Part shown: one piece after another, positions 56,233-61,837 of the stretch
Position numbering within the stretch: position 1 is the first letter of the stretch
How the letters are laid out: each line of letters starts with the position of its first letter
Source: Bacteroidota bacterium
GTDB taxonomy: Bacteria; Bacteroidota; Ignavibacteria; UBA10030; UBA8401
Reading direction: 5' to 3'
DNA length: 61,837 nucleotides
Assembly (NCBI GenBank): GCA_021796275.1
Contig: JAJYOI010000005.1
Location: forward strand, 1 to 61,837
Translations under genes and position numbers: made by a program
Notes under the pieces: model-generated
Seen by the model: only the letters and a program-made list of their open reading frames with translations
Told to the model about the DNA's origin: nothing
The model's database searches: none

Positions 56233-57921
56233 TTAGAAAGGTTTGCTCAGCCTGAGGAAAACGCTGACGGGTTGTGCTTCATCGGTTCTCCACGCAAAAC
56301 CAAGCCGCACATTGTCATCCCAGCCCAAAGCAAATCCCAGATCGGATTTCAATTGTGAAGAGCCGATATTGCTAAATCCTTCAAAAATACTTTTTGATGA
56401 TGCAACAGTTTCTACGGCGCCGGCATCAAAGAACAGAATAAAATTAAAACTTGATGGCCATGGAAGCACATCATCCATTAAATGTCCGTCAAGCATATAT
56501 TCCACATTGCCAAGCACCATTCTGTTTCCTCCAAATTCTTTGAAACCATATGCCGGCAGCGTGTTTGCACCGCCAATTTCAAATGATTTCTGAATGATAT
56601 TGTCGCCTTCTAAAGATCCGACTCGCAGGCGCACATTCAAATTATCATACCCGGAAATCGGCTGAAACCTTCGGACATCAAAAATCACTTGAGAGAAATT
56701 AAAATCACCTTTGAGCGCGTCGCCGCCTTTTTCTCCGCTGACAAAAATATTCCAGCCAATAGAATGTCGCCGCCGCTGTTCAAGTGTGCTGATACCTAAC
56801 GATCCGCGAACGCTGCGCATGAATCCTTCATCGACAGCAGGATTGGTGCGGAAAGAATAACTTTGCCGAAAAATTGACCAGTTCGTTCCATTCAGCAGCG
56901 ATGAATATTTATCAACAATGTATTCGAGCATTAACTGAGTTGAAAGTTTTTTTTCTTTAGTGTAACGCGCTACATGAACAGATGCTCCTTGGCGCGTGTA
57001 ATAATCACGATAATCTTCATGCCAGAGAAGCGCTACCGCGTTGTTCTCCGCCAATCCCATGATCCATTCATCTTTCGTAGCGGTTGTATTGTGACCTTCA
57101 AGTCCGATTTCATACAGAGCATTCTCGGTAGCAAACTGCCGATCTAATCCGAGGTTCGCTCTCCAGCGGTGAATCCTAAATCCATAACCAACAGACCCGT
57201 AGCCGGAAATCGGTTTGCTTCCATCCCAATAAAATTTCTTTTCGGAACCGAGCCCCAGAAAGAAACCTTCAACGCGATTGTAACGGAAAATAAAATTATC
57301 GGAAAGCGTCTGTTCGTCAAGCCAAAGATCGTTGAATGTGCGGCTGCTCCGCGGCCTCCGTGAAGACCATGAATATCCGGCGTCGCTTGCAGAAGATTTT
57401 TCTTCCATATAACCGCCGATTTCTCCATGGCTTTCTTTTGTGACTTTTCCATTGATCGCGCGCGCATTTCCGGAAATCTTTCCGCCGTCCTTCACAATAA
57501 TGTTGCCGTTAATGACAAGCGCATCTCCGTTAACAACGCCGAAAACTGTCAGTGTCCCTCCTTTGACAACAATATTACCGTCAATTTTATCGTCGGTACC
57601 AATCTCCGTATTGCCGTTAAAAGTAATTGCCCCGTCTTTTCCACTCTCAATATTCTTTGTCGAATCGTCTTCATCGCTCTCGGCGGAATGATCAGGACGC
57701 AATCTGCTTTCTTCGGTAAATTGCTCGGCGCGCGATTCGATTCCTTGAAGAAGTTCATCAACAAACGAACTGATATCCTGCTGGTCGAACGCGGTTCGAA
57801 AATATTCCGTGGCGGCTGTCGAATCAGAACCGCATCCGTCATTCGTTTTAGAAGCGGAAAATGCAGTTGCAGTTCCGGCCATTGCGGCACTAAATGCGAA
57901 AATCGTAAAATAACGTTTCAT
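56233..57921 (-). CDS. Omp85/BamA-TamA-like outer-membrane protein with an N-terminal beta-helical (bactofilin-like) domain
   Basis: 'GNIVVKGG.L.V.G.V.GD' repeats; 'RYNRVEG', 'GG..TLP.Y.FKEFGGNR...N.EY', 'FFDAG', C-terminal Phe. Confidence 0.7.
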   Translation of the reverse strand: MKRYFTIFAFSAAMAGTATAFSASKTNDGCGSDSTAATEYFRTAFDQQDISSFVDELLQGIESRAEQFTEESRLRPDHSAESDEDDSTKNIESGKDGAITFNGNTEIGTDDKIDGNIVVKGGTLTVFGVVNGDALVINGNIIVKDGGKISGNARAINGKVTKESHGEIGGYMEEKSSASDAGYSWSSRRPRSSRTFNDLWLDEQTLSDNFIFRYNRVEGFFLGLGSEKKFYWDGSKPISGYGSVGYGFRIHRWRANLGLDRQFATENALYEIGLEGHNTTATKDEWIMGLAENNAVALLWHEDYRDYYTRQGASVHVARYTKEKKLSTQLMLEYIVDKYSSLLNGTNWSIFRQSYSFRTNPAVDEGFMRSVRGSLGISTLEQRRRHSIGWNIFVSGEKGGDALKGDFNFSQVIFDVRRFQPISGYDNLNVRLRVGSLEGDNIIQKSFEIGGANTLPAYGFKEFGGNRMVLGNVEYMLDGHLMDDVLPWPSSFNFILFFDAGAVETVASSKSIFEGFSNIGSSQLKSDLGFALGWDDNVRLGFAWRTDEAQPVSVFLRLSKPF

Positions 57922-57972
57922 AGCGCACCTAAAAACAATGAGAATGAAGAAGAGAATTGCCTTGTTCTATCC

Positions 57973-57998
57973 TACGACACCGGTTTCCAAAAGTTGCA
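57973..57998 (-). promoter_or_regulatory. Candidate sigmaW-like (ECF) promoter of the Omp85-like gene
   Basis: Minus strand TGCAAC-16 bp-CGTA versus the TGAAAC-N16-CGTA consensus. Confidence 0.45.
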
Positions 57999-58069
57999 TG
58001 TCCTGCAGTATAACTTGATTCTCTCTGCTTTTTTTATAGCTTTACTGGTGAATTTTTTTTGACAACTCT

Positions 58070-58801
58070 ATGAAACTTTCTATTAACATTGACCATATTG
58101 CCACGTTACGGCAGGCACGCCGGGGTGATGAACCCGATCCGGTTGCTGCTGCCGTTCTTTGCGAGCTTGCCGGTGCGCACGGAATCGTATGTCACTTGCG
58201 CGAAGATCGGCGGCATATTAATGACCGCGATGTTCGGCTTCTCCGTCAAACAATCAAAACCAAATTGGATTTGGAAATGGCGGCAACAGAAGAGATTATT
58301 TCGATTGCACTCGATATTGTTCCTGATCTCGTAACACTTGTACCGGAAAAGCGCCAGGAATTAACGACCGAAGGCGGCTTAAACGTGACTGAACATAAGA
58401 AACATCTCTCCACAGTCATTGAACGTTTCCATGCCAAGAACATCTCTGTCAGTCTTTTTGTTGACCCGGAAAAATCACAACTTGACGCTGCGGCAGAGAT
58501 TCATTCGGATATGGTTGAGCTTCACACCGGAGAATACGCTAATGCGCGCAATGAGGCAGAACGCGCCCCGCTGCTTCTCAAAATTCAATCAATGGCAGAA
58601 TATGGGAAAAAACTCGGAATGCGAGTCAATGCTGGTCACGGTTTGAATTATTGGAATGTGGAACCTGTTGCTTCGATCGCTACAATTGATGAGATGAGTA
58701 TCGGCCACGCAGTTATTTCTCGCGCGGTGCTTGTCGGACTGGAGCGAGCCGTGAAGGAAATGTTGGAATTAATAACACGTACACGTCAAGCGCCCATCTG
58801 A
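58070..58801 (+). CDS. pdxJ: Pyridoxine 5'-phosphate synthase
   Basis: '[12 protein letters not shown]', 'HLREDRRHI', '[13 protein letters not shown]', 'ELHTG.YA', 'NAGHGL'. Confidence 0.97.
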   Translation: MKLSINIDHIATLRQARRGDEPDPVAAAVLCELAGAHGIVCHLREDRRHINDRDVRLLRQTIKTKLDLEMAATEEIISIALDIVPDLVTLVPEKRQELTTEGGLNVTEHKKHLSTVIERFHAKNISVSLFVDPEKSQLDAAAEIHSDMVELHTGEYANARNEAERAPLLLKIQSMAEYGKKLGMRVNAGHGLNYWNVEPVASIATIDEMSIGHAVISRAVLVGLERAVKEMLELITRTRQAPI

Positions 58802-59376
58802 AGTTTACGAATCTCGTCCCGTAATTTTGCTGCTTTTTCGTAATCCTCTTTTTCAATAGCTTCTTTCAACGACGCCTGCAACTGCTCCAGTTTGGACACA
58901 TGCTTTTTCACTGTTTCAGCAGGTTTGGTTTTTGCGATGTCTGACGAATCCTCTTCCTCTTCAGGAATAATTCCCGCTTCTGCCATCACAGAATCCGCCA
59001 CAAAAATCGGCGCACCGAAGCGCACCGCAAGCGCAATCGCATCGCTTGGACGAGAATCGACTTCTTGGGGCGCTGAACTTCCTTCAAGATTTATTTTCGC
59101 GTAAAATGTCCCGTCGCGAAGTTCGTTAATACAAACATCCTGAATAGACGCTCCAAACGTATCAATGATATTTCTCAGTAAGTCGTGCGTCAACGGTCGC
59201 GGCGGCTTGATTCCTTCCATTTCAATCGCTATCGCCTGAGCTTCAAATCCGCCAATAATAATCGGCAGGCGGCGATTGCCCGAAATTTCTTTCAAGATCA
59301 GTGCATACGCGCCGCCACTCGACGGGCTTGTTGACAATCCTAAGATATCAACTTGAACTTTCTCCACAACGACCAT
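58786..59376 (-). CDS. Bifunctional nuclease family (DUF151) protein with a C-terminal UVR domain
   Basis: '[13 protein letters not shown]', 'RPLTHDL', '[11 protein letters not shown]', '[16 protein letters not shown]'. Confidence 0.9.
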   Translation of the reverse strand: MVVVEKVQVDILGLSTSPSSGGAYALILKEISGNRRLPIIIGGFEAQAIAIEMEGIKPPRPLTHDLLRNIIDTFGASIQDVCINELRDGTFYAKINLEGSSAPQEVDSRPSDAIALAVRFGAPIFVADSVMAEAGIIPEEEEDSSDIAKTKPAETVKKHVSKLEQLQASLKEAIEKEDYEKAAKLRDEIRKLQMGA

Positions 59377-59438
59377 TCCTCTCGAACATTTTTGCTGACC
59401 GCTTTCCGTACGTATATTATCAAAACTATTACATCTTG

Positions 59439-60413
59439 TCAACGGTTCAGCGCTTTTTTCAACTCGGCGGTGAGAGCCGGCACAATCTCGAACGCATCGC
59501 CAACAATGCCGTAATCGGCAACGGAAAATATCGGCGCATCTTTATCTTTGTTGATTGCGACAATATATTTCGATGACGACATTCCTGCGAGATGCTGCAC
59601 CGCTCCGGAAATAGCAACAGCAATGTATAACGATGGCGAAACAGTTTTTCCTGTTTGTCCAACCTGTTCATCATGCGGACGCCAACCCGCATCTACCACC
59701 GCACGCGAAGCGCCGACCGCCGCACCTAGCGACGCGGCAAGTTCTTCAACCATTGAAAAATTTTCGGGTGCTTTCAATCCACGCCCGCCTGAAACAATGA
59801 TATCAGCTTCGGCAACATCTTTCTTTCCGCCCGCGATTTTGATTTCTTTTACCACAGCACCAAAATCAGTTTCGCTCAATGCAATTTCATTCTTCTCAAC
59901 AACAGCAGTGCTTTCTGCAGGAGTTCCGGCTGAAAAAACATTCGGGCGAAGCGTGAACAACTTTATCGCTGAACGAACTGTTACTTCAACAAACGCTTTT
60001 CCTGCATACACCGGACGCGTCGCAATTACCGTTCCATTCTCAACTCGGAGCGCAGTGCAATCTGCCGCAAGACCGGCATCAAGTTTTACCGCAACGCGCG
60101 GAGCGAAATCTTTTCCCATTGCGCTTGCCGGAAAGAAAAGCATATCGGCAGCTTCTGCACGGGCAACTTCAGCGGCAATCTTAGCAAATGCCGTGGTCGA
60201 ATAATTCTCTAATCGTGCATCTTCTACGACCAACACTTTTGCGGCGCCATACGCGCCTAATTGCGGAGCAATCGGAGAAACATTCCCTCCGATCACCAGA
60301 GCATTGCATTCAGCGCCAAGTTGGTCGGCAATCGTGCGCGCCGCCCGAGCAACTTCAAATGCGGTTTTCTTAAACTGATTATTTCTTTGTTCAGCAAAAG
60401 CAATGATTTTCAT
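59439..60413 (-). CDS. etfA: Electron transfer flavoprotein alpha subunit
   Basis: 'VSGGRG', 'GASRAVVDAGW', 'QVGQTGK.V.P.LYIA..ISGA.QH.AGM'. Confidence 0.95.
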   Translation of the reverse strand: MKIIAFAEQRNNQFKKTAFEVARAARTIADQLGAECNALVIGGNVSPIAPQLGAYGAAKVLVVEDARLENYSTTAFAKIAAEVARAEAADMLFFPASAMGKDFAPRVAVKLDAGLAADCTALRVENGTVIATRPVYAGKAFVEVTVRSAIKLFTLRPNVFSAGTPAESTAVVEKNEIALSETDFGAVVKEIKIAGGKKDVAEADIIVSGGRGLKAPENFSMVEELAASLGAAVGASRAVVDAGWRPHDEQVGQTGKTVSPSLYIAVAISGAVQHLAGMSSSKYIVAINKDKDAPIFSVADYGIVGDAFEIVPALTAELKKALNR

Positions 60414-60450
60414 CGTTGGTTTTCTCTCTGTTCATCTTTGAAATTTCAGT

Positions 60451-61197
60451 TCAGATTACTTTCGCTTCCTCGTGCAGTAATCGAACAAGTTCAGGCACAG
60501 CAGAAGCATCGGTGCCGACAATTTTTCCGGGATTTTTTGCCGGTGGTTTGCGCATCGTCAGCACTTCTACTTTAGATTCAACAGGTGCAACTGCACGTTC
60601 TTCGATAACTTTTCGCTTCGCATCCATAATTCCTTTTAATGATGGATATCGCGGCTGGTTCAATCCTTTCTGCGCCATTACGACCGCTGGCAATTTTGCA
60701 TGAACAATTTCACGTCCGCCTTCAATTTCCCGTTCGGCAACAACGGCGCCATCGTTGATCTCCAGTTTCACGACAACAGAAATTGACGGCATGTTCAGCA
60801 TTTCTGCAACGAGTGAACCGACCTGCCCGTTATCATAATCAATTGATTGTTTGCCAAGCAAAATGATATCAGGTGAAAGTTCTTTCGCAAAATCCGCAAG
60901 CGAGCGCGCAACGGCAAATGAATCGTGAGGCGAGGCATCTTTCAACAGCACGGCTTTATCGCAGCCCATTGCCAGCGCTTTGCGAAGCGTTTCTTTGTTG
61001 GCATCTCCGCCGAGCGAAACGACAACGACTTCGCCAGTAAACTTCTCGCGAAGTTTCAATCCTTCTTCAACTGCAAATTCGTCGTACGGACTGAGCATAT
61101 AATTGATACCCGCTGGATCAATCATCTTGCCATCGGCACCCACTTTCACTTTCGTTTCAGTATCAGGAACATGATTGACAAAGACAAGAATTTTCAT
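60451..61197 (-). CDS. etfB: Electron transfer flavoprotein beta subunit
   Basis: 'VPDTET', 'PYDEFAVEE', 'ALAMG.D', 'GKQSIDYD', 'REIEGG', 'PRYPS'. Confidence 0.95.
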   Translation of the reverse strand: MKILVFVNHVPDTETKVKVGADGKMIDPAGINYMLSPYDEFAVEEGLKLREKFTGEVVVVSLGGDANKETLRKALAMGCDKAVLLKDASPHDSFAVARSLADFAKELSPDIILLGKQSIDYDNGQVGSLVAEMLNMPSISVVVKLEINDGAVVAEREIEGGREIVHAKLPAVVMAQKGLNQPRYPSLKGIMDAKRKVIEERAVAPVESKVEVLTMRKPPAKNPGKIVGTDASAVPELVRLLHEEAKVI

Positions 61198-61200
61198 CGC

Positions 61201-61836
61201 TCAGCCTCTCAATAGTGTTTGAAGCGTTGACAAAAAAACGCTGTTTTCCTCTTCTGTTCCAACATTCACACGCAACGTACGTTCCATCATCGGATACGAA
61301 CTGACGTCACGAACAAGCACGTTACGGTCAAAAAGCTTTTGAAATAATGCTCCGGCTTCATGCGGCGTTCGGAAGATAAAAAAATTCGAATCCGAAGGAA
61401 AAACTTCTACAGAATCCATCGCGCGAAGAGCATTCCACAGCGTCGTCTTTTGCTTTTTGATGAGCGCGATGCGTTCGTTCACGACATCACCGTGCTTCAG
61501 GAGAGTCATTGCTGTTGCGGCGGAAAAATCATTCACTGTAAATGGAATTTTCGGTTTAAGCAATTCAGTGCACAATCCCGGATTCGTAAGAAGATATCCG
61601 ATGCGAAGTCCCGCCATGCTGAATGCTTTGGAAAAAGTCCGCAGCACAATCAAATTATCGTACCTGCTCAACAATGATTGCACGCTTGGTTTTTCGGAAA
61701 ACTCAATATACGCTTCGTCAACAATGACCAATGAAGAGTTTAATTTTAGAATCTCTTCAACATCGCTGACAGACATTGACTGCCCTGTCGGACTATTGGG
61801 CGATACAAGAACAATGACTGATGGTTTCTCGCGGAG
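61201..61836 (-). CDS. hisC: Histidinol-phosphate aminotransferase, 5'-truncated by the window edge
   Basis: Frame is open past the listed ATG ('SPNSPTG'); 'VDEAY.EF', 'RTFSKAFS.AGLRIGY', 'LRV.VGT.EEN'. Confidence 0.9.
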   Translation of the reverse strand, partial: LREKPSVIVLVSPNSPTGQSMSVSDVEEILKLNSSLVIVDEAYIEFSEKPSVQSLLSRYDNLIVLRTFSKAFSMAGLRIGYLLTNPGLCTELLKPKIPFTVNDFSAATAMTLLKHGDVVNERIALIKKQKTTLWNALRAMDSVEVFPSDSNFFIFRTPHEAGALFQKLFDRNVLVRDVSSYPMMERTLRVNVGTEEENSVFLSTLQTLLRG

Positions 61837-61837
61837 C

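Noticed and set aside
58786-58801. 16-bp convergent overlap of pdxJ and the DUF151 gene
   Set aside because: Short 3' overlaps are common and imply nothing specific.
61783-61803. HisC motif SPNSPTG instead of SPNNPTG
   Set aside because: Substitutions at this position (for example PNAPTG) are common in HisC homologs.
1-61837. CRISPR arrays, tRNA/rRNA genes, integrases or prophage genes
   Set aside because: None seen by eye; no regularly spaced repeats or cloverleaf/rRNA signatures. tRNAscan-SE and a CRISPR finder would confirm.

Overview
Bacterial chromosome segment, most likely Ignavibacteria/FCB group. This is inferred from a T9SS 'NYPNPFNP' C-terminal sorting domain, stand-alone BMC shell genes and canonical TTGACA/TATAAT-type promoters. 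Most of the window is housekeeping: partial lhr, an NYN nuclease, carA, cysS, recN, holA, a cyclophilin, lolA, ftsK, comB, gcvT, transaldolase, RNase E/G, SRP RNA, pdxJ, etfAB and partial hisC. It also holds two tandem secreted GHL10 hydrolases, a lipoprotein/FadL-like envelope cluster, an ~18 kb surface-polysaccharide locus (36.2-54.1 kb) and two orphan BMC shell genes. Two signals stand out that the ORF track does not show. First, an AT-rich 3,066-bp non-autonomous IS1-family-like element (5172-8237) has 39-bp imperfect inverted repeats, a 7/8 target-site duplication and only a C-terminal transposase remnant. It carries a DUF262-HNH nuclease and a Panacea antitoxin coupled to a divergent PemK-like putative toxin. 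Second, a 30-bp double-hairpin palindromic element sits in frame inside three unrelated conserved genes (lhr, recN, cyclophilin), adding 10 residues to each. All calls come from motif recognition by eye; no database searches were run.
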